Positions 14,343 to 28,359 of a stretch of 64,000 nucleotides of DNA are shown here, piece by piece (position 1 is the first letter of the stretch; each line of letters begins with the position of its first letter). The DNA is taken from NCBI GenBank assembly GCA_002269645.1, contig NIVC01000866.1, forward strand, positions 406,350 through 470,349. Reading direction: 5' to 3'. The stretch is from Macrostomum lignano. Lineage: Eukaryota. The position numbers were made by a program, and so were the translations under genes. The notes under the pieces are model-generated. The model was not told where the DNA came from and ran no database searches. It saw nothing but the letters and a program-made list of their open reading frames with translations.

Positions 14343-15953
14343 TGAGCGGGTGGTGACCCTGAGTGGGTGGTGTAACTGAGCGGGTGGTGACCCTGAGTGG
14401 GTGGTGACCCTGAGTGGGTGGTGTAACTGAGTGGGTGGTGACTCTAAGTGGGTGGTGCAGCTGAGTGGGTGGTGACTCTGAGTGGGTGGTGACTCTGAGT
14501 GGGTGGTGACTCTGAGTGGGTGGTGACTCTGAGTGGGTGGTGACTCTGAGTGGGTGGTGCAGCTGAGTGGGTGGTGACTCTGAGTGGGTGGTGACTCTGA
14601 GTGGGTGGTGACTCTGAGTGGGTGGTGACTCTGAGTGGGTGGTGCAGCTGAGTGGGTGGTGACTCTAAGTGGGTGGTGACTCTGAGTGGGTGGTGACTCT
14701 GAGTGGGTGGTGACTCTGAGTGGGTGGTGACTCTGAGTGGGTGGTGACTCTGAGTGGGTGGTGACTCTAAGTGGGTGGTGACTCTGAATGGGTGGTGCAG
14801 CTGAGTGGGTGGTGACTCTAAGTGGGTGGTGACTCTGAGTGGGTGGTGACTCTAAGTGGGTGGTGACTCTGAATGGGTGGTGCAGCTGAGTGGGTGGTGA
14901 CTCTAAGTGGGTGGTGACTCTGAGTGGGTGGTGACTCTGAGTGGGTGGTGACTCTGAGTGGGTGGTGACTCTAAGTGGGTGGTGACTCTGAATGGGTGGT
15001 GCAGCTGAGTGGGTGGTGACTCTAAGTGGGTGGTGACTCTGAGTGGGTGGTGACTCTGAGTGGGTGGTGACTCTGAGTGGGTGGTGACTCTGAGTGGGTG
15101 GTGACTCTGAGTGGGTGGTGACTCTGAGTGGGTGGTGACTCTGAGTGGGTGGTGACTCTAAGTGGGTGGTGACTCTGAGTGGGTGGTGACTCTGAGTGGG
15201 TGGTGACTCTGAGTGGGTGGTGACTCTGAGTGGGTGGTGACTCTGAGTGGGTGGTGACTCTGAGTGGGTGGTGACTCTGAGTGGGTGGTGACTCTAAGTG
15301 GGTGGTGACTCTGAGTGGGTGGTGACTCTGAGTGGGTGGTGACTCTAAGTGGGTGGTGACTCTGAATGGGTGGTGCAGCTGAGTGGGTGGTGACTCTAAG
15401 TGGGTGGTGACTCTGAGTGGGTGGTGACTCTAAGTGGGTGGTGACTCTGAATGGGTGGTGCAGCTGAGTGGGTGGTGACTCTAAGTGGGTGGTGACTCTG
15501 AGTGGGTGGTGACTCTGAGTGGGTGGTGACTCTGAGTGGGTGGTGACTCTGAGTGGGTGGTGACTCTGAGTGGGTGGTGACTCTGAGTGGGTGGTGACTC
15601 TGAGTGGGTGGTGACTCTGAGTGGGTGGTGACTCTGAGTGGGTGGTGCAGCTGAGTGGGTGGTGACTGAGTGGGTGGTGACTCTGAGTGGGTGGTGACTC
15701 TGAGTGGGTGGTGACTCTGAGTGGGTGGTGACTCTGAGTGGGTGGTGACTCTGAGTGGGTGGTGACTCTGAGTGGGTGGTGACTCTGAGTGGGTGGTGAC
15801 TCTGAGTGGGTGGTGACTCTGAGTGGGTGGTGACTCTGAGTGGGTGGTGACTCTGAGTGGGTGGTGACTCTGAGTGGGTGGTGACTCTAAGTGGGTGGTG
15901 ACTCTGAGTGGTTGGTGACTCTGAGTGGGTGGTGACTCTGAGTGGGTGGTGCA
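14343..15953. repeat. Minisatellite, 17 bp unit (gagtgggtggtgactct)
   Basis: About 95 copies starting just after the lectin stop codon. Confidence 0.97.
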
Positions 15954-16514
15954 GACTGTATCTGCATAGAGAGCTATAGTGAGTGTAAGCTGTAATTACA
16001 CTTTACTGTGTTTTCAATGGAAAATTTTATTTCTAAATAGCTTGATACACCTATATTTTGCTTAGGTCTAACTTCAAGTGCAAGAAAGATTTCGGTAAAC
16101 TCTCTGTACTACATAATTCTCTGTTCTAAAATATGTTGAAGTGCATATTAAAATCCAGTCGTTTTGACTACGTAAACGGTTTGACTAAATAACGCATAAA
16201 ATACTTTTTTCCTATCAAATACTGCACTTTGGTTTTTGTTTTTTGTCAATCGTTTAGATTTTCTTCTTTTTGAGTATATATGGCTTCTTAATTTATTAAT
16301 GAATTTACTCCACTTTCCTTAATTCTATTTGCACCGCTTCTCTGTCGATACGAGCTACAATTGGAACGCAAAATATAGACTGGAGGCAACAAAGAAGTAA
16401 ATGAAATTATTTTCATAATCTATGTGGGTTTTGATCTTAGTCAGTCGCTATTGTTATGTATGGTATCTTACAGAAAATGATTTTTCCTAACTCCAAACAA
16501 TTTCTCATTGACTT

Positions 16515-16860
16515 CATTGACATCTCAGCGTTTCCCCCGTGAGCCTTGACATCTCGGCAATTCCCCATGAGCCTTGACATCTCATCAATTCCCCCGTGAG
16601 CCTTGACATCTCAGCAATTCCCCATGAGCCTTGACATCTCATCAATTCCCCCGTGAGCCTTGACATCTCAGCAATTCCCCCGTGAGCCCTGACATCTCAG
16701 CAATAACCCATGAGCCTTGACATCTCAGCAATTCCCCCGGGAGCCTTGACATCTCAGCGATTCCCCCGTGAGCCCTGACATCTCAGCAATTCCCCCGGGA
16801 GCCTTGACATCTCAGCAATTCCCCATGAGCCCTGACATCTCAGCAATTCCCCATGAGCCG
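16515..16860. repeat. Minisatellite, 28-29 bp unit (gagccttgacatctcagcaattcccc[c/a]t)
   Basis: About 12 copies; same family as 23188-24125 (opposite strand) and 27330-28320. Confidence 0.93.
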
Positions 16861-16863
16861 CAG

Positions 16864-18997
<2,134 letters not shown>

Positions 18998-19535
18998 ACA
19001 CACTACTGATTGAGTAGGCAGCTAAGTAGATTAACTCGATAATTAATTGAAAAAACTAATTTAAAATTTGCATTTGAAAAAAAAAATTTTGTTGAGCAAC
19101 AATAACTCAGAAGACGAGAGAAAATAATTAGCCAACTTTATATGATTTCTACTGGCCGATATGTATCGAAAAACCACTATATTGGAGAAGCATGGCACAA
19201 CTTGAAGACTGATACTATGCATATATATAGCTGAATTGTCAGAAACAACCAGAATTACATGTCTACTGTTAAATTTACATGTCTACTACTTATAAGACAA
19301 CAAAGTAGAGTTGCGCGAATGTTGTAAGCATTTTTTGTACTAAGCTACCAAAATTAAATTGTGGCATGTGAAAAATTGAAGGTTAAATTCTATCAGAACT
19401 GCCAGAGTTCAGAGTTGCTTAATTAGTACAAGTACAAGTTCCTGTGCACTAGAAACAAACGCATACCATTCAATTGAAATTTGTTCTTCTAAACGAAAGA
19501 GGTAAACATTTCAATATGACAACATTTTCAGATTT

Positions 19536-22500
19536 TCATTTCACGCGAATATCGTCGAACTTTCGCAGCAAGTCGTCCCGGTCTTTCTCCCGCTTTCGCT
19601 CTCTGAAGACATTTGATGTCGCAAAAAGGTTGAAATTTATTGGCGAGAGGATTGGAAAATTCCTGGGACGGATAAATGGAGATCCTCAGCGGATAAGGGG
19701 AAATTCTCAAGGGCGGATAAGTGGAGATTCTCAGGGGAGGATAAGGGAGATTCTCAGGGGCGGATAAGGGCAGATTCTCAGGGGAGGATAAGGGAGATTC
19801 TCAGGGGCGGATAAGGGCAGATTCTCAGGGGAGGATAAGGGCAGATTCTCAGGGGCGGATAGGGAGATTCTCAGAGGAGAATAAAGGAGATTCTCAGGGG
19901 CGGATAAGGAGATTCTCAGGGGCGAATAAAGGGAGGTTCTCAGGGGCGGATAAGGGAAGATTCTCAGGGGCGGATAAGGAGATTCTCAGAGGAGGATAAG
20001 GGAAGATTCTCAGGGGCGGATAAGGGAGGATTCTCAGGGGCGGATAAGGGAAGATTCTCAGGGGCGGATAAGGGAAGATTCTCAGGGGCGGATAAGGGAA
20101 GATTCTCAGGGGCAGATAAGGGAGATTCTCAGGGGCGGATAAGGGGAGATTCTCAGGGGCGCATAGTAGAGATGAAAAGCTTTCAAACTCACTTTTGCCT
20201 CTCATTCTTGTAGGCGTTGGTGAGATCATCAAACAGTTTAGTGTTCATCTCCATAAAGGTCTTGAGCACATTGTAGACCATGGCCACAATGGTTTGGTTC
20301 CAGTGCTCTCGCGAAATCCTGTAGAACGCTGGGAACAGAATGGGCATGAGGACTTCATTGTGCTCCTCAACCAGTGATGCAATGTACTCATTGTTCCAGT
20401 AGAGCACCGCTCGCTCGGCCACCTGCGGATTGGTGCAGCCAGCTTGTAACTTGCTTTTGAAAATAAATGCTTACTAGAGAACTCGGATTGTCTTGTATCT
20501 ACAAACTACCCCGGGTACTAAATTCTACCCTAGGTGCTTAAAAACTACCGTAGGTACTTACAAAATACCCTAGGTGTCTACAAACTACCGTAGGTACTTA
20601 CAAACTATCCTATATGCTTACAAACTACCCTAGGTACTCAAAACTACCCTAGGTGTCTATAAACTACTCTAGGTACTTACAAACTAGCCTAGGTACTTAC
20701 AAACTAGCCTAGGTACTTACAAACTAGCCTAGGTACTTACAAACTAGCCTAGGTACTTACAAACTATCCTAAGTACTTACAAACTAGCCTGTGTTTGTAA
20801 ACTACCCTAAGAACATACAAACTACCCTAGGTGTCTATAAACTACCCTAAGTACTTACAAACTACCCTAGGTGTCTATAAACTACCCTAGGTGTCTGTAA
20901 ACTACCCTAAGTACTTACAAACTACCCTAGGTGTCTATAAACTACCCTAAGTACTTACAAACTACCCTAGGTGTCTATAAACTACCCTAAGTACTTACAA
21001 ACTACCATAGGTGTCTATAAACTACCCTAAGTACTTACAAATTACCCTAGGTGTCTGTAAACTACCCTAGGTACTTACAAACTACCCTAGGTCTCTATAA
21101 ACTACCCTAAGTACTTACAAACTACTCTAGGTGTCTGTAAACTACCCTAGCTACTCACAAAGGTTTTTAAAAACTATCCTAGGTATCTAAAAGCTACTCA
21201 GACAGCAAAACTAGCCAACGCACTCATACAACATGCCTTATCTAACCGTAATGCAATACCTTACAGAAAGAGAAGCACGAGTTCCTACCTGAAAATGCGA
21301 GCTGCCCACAGACCGGGCCACCTGTCTAAACAGCGGTCTCATAATCTTCTCAAACTGGGCCGGCTCGATCACGTCCAGAATCTCTTCAATCTCGCCGAGG
21401 TACATCACCTCCTTGGAGCTGACTGTCCTGGGCCAGAACTTGAGCAGCCCCAGCACCACCGGCTCGGTGAGGGTTGAGTCCTTCTCAAGGAACTGCACTA
21501 CACAGTAGGCCAGCTGGGCGTGAAACATGCCGAGAGACTTGGCCTTGTGCAGCGGCAGCAGCACTTTCATGAGGAACTGCTTGTGCTCAGCCTTCAACGG
21601 CAGCGCAAATCCATTGATGATGCTGCCCAGAATCTCAAGCAACTCGCCAACACCATTGAACTTCTCAGTCTGATAGATGAACCGCAGGAAAATATTATTA
21701 ATCTGCTTCCTAATGAAAGCTCTCAGGCCGAGAAATTTGCCATAGATTCGGTGGAGAACAGTTTTCAAAAAGTCGCGCTCTCGAGGATCTTCGCTGTCGA
21801 AGAGTTCGAGGAGCTGAGGTTTGAAGAGGGATTATTAAATTGGGATAACTGATCAGACTGTCAGATTAGTTCAATGTACATCTTAGTAACAGTTAAAAAG
21901 TTTTTGCCATATTTTTCTTGCATTGCTACTAACAGTATATGAACAAGCACATGGCTAACGTGTTTAATGTTTTGCTATTCATTTACTCCTATTTCTACTA
22001 ACAGTAGATGAACAAGCACATGGCTAACGTGTTTAATGTTTTGCTATTCATTTACTCCTATTTCTACTAACAGTAGATGAACAAGCAAATGGCTATCGTG
22101 TTTAATGTTTTGCTATTCATTTACTCGCATTTCTACTAACAGTAGATGAACAAGCACATGGCTAACGTGTTTAATGTTTTGCTATTCATTTACTCCTATT
22201 TCTACTAACAGTAGATGAACAAGCACATGGCTAACGTGTTTAATGTTTTGCTATTCATTTACTCGCCTTTTTACTAACAGTAGATGAACAAGCAAATGGC
22301 TATCGTGTTTAATGTTTTGCTATTCATTTACTCGCCTTTTTACTAACAGTAGATGAACAAGCAAATGGCTATCGTGTTTAATGTTTTGCTATTCATTTAC
22401 TCGCATTTCTACTAACAGTAGATAAACAAGCACATGGCTAACGTGTTTTATGTTTTGCTATTCATTTACTTGAATTTCTACTAACAGTAGAGTAGTTGAC

Positions 22501-24557
22501 ATAATAATATCTAAATTTCTTACTTTAACATTAACATTAACGGTGAAATATTATTAACATACCTGCAGTACGAACCGCTGGTCGATGTACTTTTTAGCCA
22601 CGGAAGGTTGGAAATCTGGCGACTCCAGTACGCGCAGAAAGAATTCGTAGATGAACTAGAATATTATGAAATCAGGTCATTCGGAGCTTTCTTTCATTTT
22701 AAGGCACTGTTATTAAACGATTTATAAAGGCTATAGCAGACCTGAAGATGCGGCCAAGAAGCCTCCAATGTTGGATCATCCTCATCTGGATCGAACTCGG
22801 CGTTGTCGGACGGAGGCAGATTGCGGAAAATGTTGCACGCAATCTGCGGATTGGGGGAGGGGATGGGCGGCTTTATGATCCAAACAGGTGTACATTTTTA
22901 CATTCGCGGGGGGTTGGGGGAGGGGTGGGTGGCTTTGTGACCCAAGCATATGTATGTACATTTGTACATTGGCGGGGGTAAGGAAAATTTGTGTACATGC
23001 GAATGGGCACTTTAGGGAGAGAAAAGATGAGGCGTAGGAGGGATAAAGAGAAAAAATAACGTCAAATGTACAGTCAACCATTGGGAGCACTCCATCAAGA
23101 CCAGGGACTTCTAGTTTCTTGGACTTAAAGCCAACTTGCGTATTAAGGCCCCAATTGACTTGAATCTCTCGTTTCATGATTTGGGGGTGCTGAGATGCCA
23201 AGACTTACAAGGGAATTGCTGAGATGCCAAGACTCAGGGGGAATGCTGAGATGCCAAGACTCAGGGGGAATGCTGAGATGCCAAGACTCAGGGGGACTGC
23301 TGAGATGCCAAGACTCACAGAGGGGAATGCTGAGATGCCAAGACTCACAGAGGGGAATGCTGAGATGCCAAGACACACAAGTGAATGCCGAGATGCCAAG
23401 ACTCAGGGGGAATGCTGAGATGCCAAGACTCAGGGGGAATTTCTGAGATGCCAAGACTCAGGGGAATGCTGAGATGCCAATACTCACAGAGGGGAATGCT
23501 GAGATGTCAAGACTCAGGGGAATGCTGAGATGCCAAGACTCACAGGGAATGCTGAGATGTCAAGACTCAGGGGAATGCTGAGATGCCAAGACTCAGGGGG
23601 AATAGCTGAGATGCCAAGACTCACAGAGGGGAATAGCTGAGATGCCAAGACTCAGGGGAATAGCTGAGATGTCAAGACTCACAGGGGGGATGCTGAGATG
23701 CCAAGATTCAGGGGGAATGCTGAGATGCCAAGACTCAGGGGGAATTTCTGAGATGCCAAGACTCAGGGGAATGCTGAGATGCCAATACTCACAGAGGGGA
23801 ATGCTGAGATGTCAAGACTCAGGGGAATGCTGAGATGCCAAGACTCACAGGGAATGCTGAGATGTCAAGACTCAGGGGAATGCTGAGATGCCAAGACTCA
23901 GGGGGAATAGCTGAGATGCCAAGACTCACAGAGGGGAATAGCTGAGATGCCAAGACTCAGGGGAATGCTGAGATGCCAAGACTCAGGGGAATGCTGAGAT
24001 GCCAAGACTCAGGGGAATGCTGAGATGCCAAGACACAGGGGGAATTGCTGAGATGCCAAGACACAGGGGGAATTGCTGAGATGCCAAGACTCAGGGGAAT
24101 GCTGAGATGCCAAGACTCAGGGGGATGCTTAAATGTCACTTGTCAGGCTTGAATACTGAAATGTGCTCACCATTCGTATAATCTCTGGATAAGTTGAGTC
24201 CTGCAGCACGCCCCTAGTGACAGTGACAAAGTCAACCAGTTCATTCAGGCAGGTCCGTTTAACCTCTTTCGATTTCAGATCGGACACGGGGTCGCTGAAG
24301 TCGAACACAACGCGGCACTGCTGCAGCTTCTGCTGGAACAGTTCAATCTGATCAGCGCTGGTTGCATCTTTCAGCGGCGGCAGAGCGTTCAGCTCAGTTG
24401 GGGCTTTCGGTCGATAATGCGACGAGCCGTGAGAGCGCTTCGGTTTTTTGCTCGCCTTCAGCTCATTGCGGTTGCGAAATGGGTCGGCCTTGTCACCGCT
24501 AGGAGCTGCATTGGCGGCTACATGAGGAGCTGCAGAAGATTTTCCATGGGCTGACAT
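19536..24557 (-). CDS. PPP2R5: Serine/threonine protein phosphatase 2A regulatory subunit B56 (B'), 467 aa
   Basis: Exons 24557-24171, 22843-22742, 22655-22563, 21813-21289, 20422-20193, 19602-19536; all GT-AG, frame intact. Hallmarks: [70 protein letters not shown]56 subtype not assignable. Acceptor at 24597-98 precedes the presumed ATG, so an upstream exon or trans-splicing is possible. Confidence 0.96.
19690..20160. repeat. Minisatellite, 23-24 bp unit (ggataagggaagattctcaggggc), B56 intron 5
   Basis: About 20 copies. Confidence 0.93.
20498..21190. repeat. Minisatellite, 21 bp unit (aaactaccctaggtacttac/ggtgtctat), B56 intron 4
   Basis: About 33 copies, alternating variants. Confidence 0.93.
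21925..22490. repeat. Tandem repeat, 69 bp unit, B56 intron 3
   Basis: aacagtagatgaacaagcacatggc... recurs every 69 nt, about 8 copies. Confidence 0.93.
23188..24125. repeat. Minisatellite, 26-29 bp unit (gctgagatgccaagactcaggggaat), B56 intron 1
   Basis: About 34 copies; reverse complement closely matches the 16515 unit. Confidence 0.94.
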
Positions 24558-25034
24558 GACCTTATTTGACTGACCAGGCTGGAGCTGGCTGACATTCTGC
24601 AAGATGTGAAGTTAATCAAATTCAATTTTGGCATCCTGCGCATTTTTACCCCAGAAGTGCGCCGCCATTAAATTTATATATGTATTTAAATTATCAGTAT
24701 TTGTAGAATTAGTTTGGCACCCACTATCCCTACTTACAGTAATACATATCGCAGCAGATAAAATTTTAAGAAAGAGCAAATTAAACAACTGGGCGGCAAT
24801 CCCAATTCACATGGTATATAGCAATTTCATCTGCCATATTTTTTTGCTTTACCGCACGCTTGAAAAGAGCAAAATCTACTGTCTACTAAATAGACAGGGA
24901 TAACTTTTTGAAGAATGCTTTTTTCAACACATTAATGCTTATATATTCTACTTTCCAATGACACCAAACTTGTTGATTTTCAATATCAATAACAAGCATA
25001 ATTGATTACAATTGATTGCAACCAACAGCTATCG

Positions 25035-25140
25035 CCCAGTGCATCTGAAGGCTGTGTACGGCTATTTAGTCCAAGGACTAGGGGGGGGGGGGTTGCTACA
25101 CATAGCTCAAGAACACAAATTGTTCCAGTGTGATTGGGAA
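25035..25140 (-). mobile_element. Degenerate fragment of the SINE family seen at 46284-46576
   Basis: tgaaggctgtgtacggctatttagtccaaggactaggggg matches tgaaggctgcgtacggctgttcagtccaaggactggagggg at ~46343. Confidence 0.6.
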
Positions 25141-25183
25141 TTGAAACTCCCCCCTCCCCAACCTTCAATTTGTAAGTGCTTGA

Positions 25184-25975
25184 GGCTCATTCCATATAAG
25201 CATGGTCGTAACATGACAGGTTATTTTTACTTATAAAATGAAATCTAATAATACAATAGAATATACTAAACCAATATTTTAAATGAAAGATTATTTTGTC
25301 TAGAATATATTTACAGAGTTTCATATAGATATCATCATTAGTATAGATGCTATTAAACCTTAAATGACACTTATGGTCGTAACGACAGGATTTTTGACAT
25401 ATAGAAACTAAAAGGTAAAAGTCTTATAACATTTTTCATTTTTGATATTTTGCAATACATTTTTAAAATTTGACTAAGAACATCTTTAGAAATCATACTC
25501 TTTTATTAGAATATATAAACTCAAAAGGCAACAAAGATACAAAAGAAAAGGCAGCCTTATGGTCGTAACATTATGGTCGTAACATATTTTTTTCTGTCAA
25601 TTCAGTAACTTTGAGGTACTAATACATTAAAAATATAATAGATTATTTGGTCACCAATGCTTTTATCTGATGATGCAAGTACTATACTTTTATCTATAGT
25701 TTGTTTCAACCTTCAAAAGCTTTCTATTTGTTTTTAAAAGGTACAAAATCTTAATGATGTCTTTTGCTTCGAAAAATGTCCAAATTTTTACAAAAATGAC
25801 TTTTTGCCAATTGATAACATACTAATCCAACATTTTACCATTCCTTTATTCTTAGATTGTATATATTGCACAATATAAACATTTGGTAAAAAAAATAGGC
25901 TAATTAGGCAATGGCAAGCAAAAATATTGACTTTTTTCTATTTTCCAAATATGTCCATCTTATATGGAATGAGCC
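25184..25975. mobile_element. Non-autonomous DNA transposon (792 bp), Kolobok/Sola-like
   Basis: Perfect 17-bp TIR GGCTCATTCCATATAAG; 4-bp TSD TTGA (25180-83, 25976-79); internal repeated motif atggtcgtaac. Superfamily inferred from the GG termini and TTAA-like TSD. Confidence 0.8.
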
Positions 25976-27239
25976 TTGATACAATATATATAATTTTTTA
26001 ATACAAGTTGCATATATGCACAAATCTATGCACAAATTTATAACACCCTTCAGAATATATTGTGATGTGTTCTACAGTGTATAGTACAATTATATATAGT
26101 TCTAAATGTACATTTACATGTAATCAATTGTGCACAGATAAAAAATACATATATAACAATCCATGTACTAAAAATGGTCTGTCTATAGGTATCTATCTAG
26201 GTATGTGATCCATTTTAGCAAAAATGGCTCAATATTGAACACTAAAGTTGTTGCAAGCTATAATCATAGTTACTTTGAACCTGCTGCTTGGCAGTTGCTA
26301 TGCTATAAGAAGTCTTCCCAAATGAGAAACATAATGGCTATATTTTTCATTAAAGCCTAGCAGTTTATCAAAGAATTAGCCTGCTTGGCCTTATCCTATA
26401 TACTCAATGCAATAGACCTATGTATACTTTATACAAATACTTGTAGCTAATGACGCTATCTTGCTTGCTAGCTAATAGTATTAAAACTGCATTTGAAGAC
26501 CCATAGCTGCAAATTAGGCATCATAGGCACAAATAGACCTATATAACTACATTGATTTAACATGGTTATTGCATTCTATGTGGAGTGTTCAGTCCCTCTA
26601 AGTATATATATACTTGCTAGTACTTATTAATGTTAACAAGATAAACAATGCTAATCAGGATTTATACTTAGGATGGAAAATATGTAATATTATACATGAT
26701 TTTGCTTTAAATTAATATTTAAGCAAAGCAAAAAAACTTACTAGGGCTGCAGCTTTGTAGCCTTATATTTCTATATTAACACTGTTCTCAAATCAAGGCA
26801 AAGCATTGTACTGTAAGGTTATAGTAGAGGCAGCATAAATAGCTTAGCTCATGAGGCTTGTAAGCCGCTTGTTATCCCTATTGGAATAGAATCACCAAAA
26901 CCTGCAGATACCATGCAAGCCATTGCAAGGAAATTTCAAAGGGCTATGCTTGGCTTGCCTTGGTAGCCTTATTAGAATAAGTGGCTTGGACACTCCAATA
27001 TAGACTAAAAAGAGTTAAGTTACTTATTATGTGCATATGCAACTAGGTCATTCCACTTTCACAACAGGGTCTTATCAGGTTTTTTAACTTTAAATTAAGC
27101 ACTTGTAACTTTTTAACCATAAGTATAATAGATAGAACAAAGTTACAAAAAGCAATAATGTCAAAATTCTACTTCTATACTTTTTACTAGCTGCTTATGA
27201 ATTCTAAAACAACTGAAAATATAGATATAACTAGCAATC

Positions 27240-28320
27240 TACGCCCCCCGTTGGGGAGCCAAAGAAATGCAATACACGTTTTTTTAATAAGCTACATGTA
27301 TCCTTGAAATCTTAAAAAATCTCCTGTCAAACCTTGTAAGCCTTGACATGTCAGTAATTCCCCCCACAAGCTTTAACATATCAACTTCCCCCCCCCCCCT
27401 GACATCTCAGCAATTCCCCCAATAAGCCTTGAAAATCTAAAAATATCTGTCAACCTTCTAACCCTAATCCTAACCTAACCCTAACCCTAACCCTAGCCTA
27501 ACCCTAACCCTAACCCTAACCCTAACCCTAAAGCATTGAAATTTCAGTAATTCTCTCTAAGAGTCATTATAGCACTACTACAGCATTATAGCGATTCCCT
27601 GCAAGCCTCGACATCGTAGGGATTCCCAAATGAATCTCTTAACTTCGACATGAAGCTTCTTTTATTTTTTACATTACGCTTTTTTTATCAGCGATCCCTC
27701 CCCTGAGGAGGCATCAAATAATGTAATAAAAAGTTTTCAATAAACTACATGTAGCTTCTGGCTTTAGCCTTGAAATCTCATTTATACCCCAGTGAGCCTT
27801 GACATCTCAGCTACTCCCCCCGTAAGCCTTGACATGTCAGCGATGGCCCCCATAAACCTTGAAATCTAAAAAATCCCCTGTTAACCTTGAAACCCGATAA
27901 AATATAACCCTCAACCCACACCTGACCTAAACCTAACTTTAACCCAACCTAAAGCCTTGAAACCTCAGCAATTCTTCTCCCCTAAGCCTTGACATTTTAG
28001 TGATTCCTTCTTTAAGAATCATAGCACTATAACGATTTCCACCAAGCTTTGACATCCTAGCAATTCCCAAATGAATCTTTTAACTTTGACATGACTTTTC
28101 TTTTATGTATACATAGTGCTACTTTTATTTTTTACATGACTCTTCTTCTATCAGCGCCTCCCCCCGTGGCGAGCCAACAAAAAATGCAATAAAAAAATTG
28201 AGTAAAGTACATGAACTCTGAAGTAGCTTCTGACTTTTGCTTTGACATCTCAGAAACGCCCCCATAATCTCAGTTATTCTCTGTGAGCCTTGACGTCTCA
28301 GTTTTTCTCCCCAGCACAGC
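27240..28320. repeat. Degenerate ~455-bp higher-order duplication (about 2.5 units) containing ccttgacatctcagc subunits
   Basis: Landmarks cgccccccg..gagcca..aaatgcaata recur at ~27242, ~27693, ~28155. Confidence 0.7.
27458..27531. repeat. Interstitial telomeric repeat (CCCTAA)n
   Basis: About 12 units, mostly perfect; a decayed counterpart at ~27915-27952. Confidence 0.85.
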
Positions 28321-28359
28321 ATTATAGCTGCATTTAATTTTTACATGACACCTTCATGT

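Noticed and set aside
21925-22490. Regularly spaced repeats as a CRISPR array (also other arrays)
   Set aside because: Head-to-tail repeats with no unique spacers, no cas genes, eukaryotic intron context.
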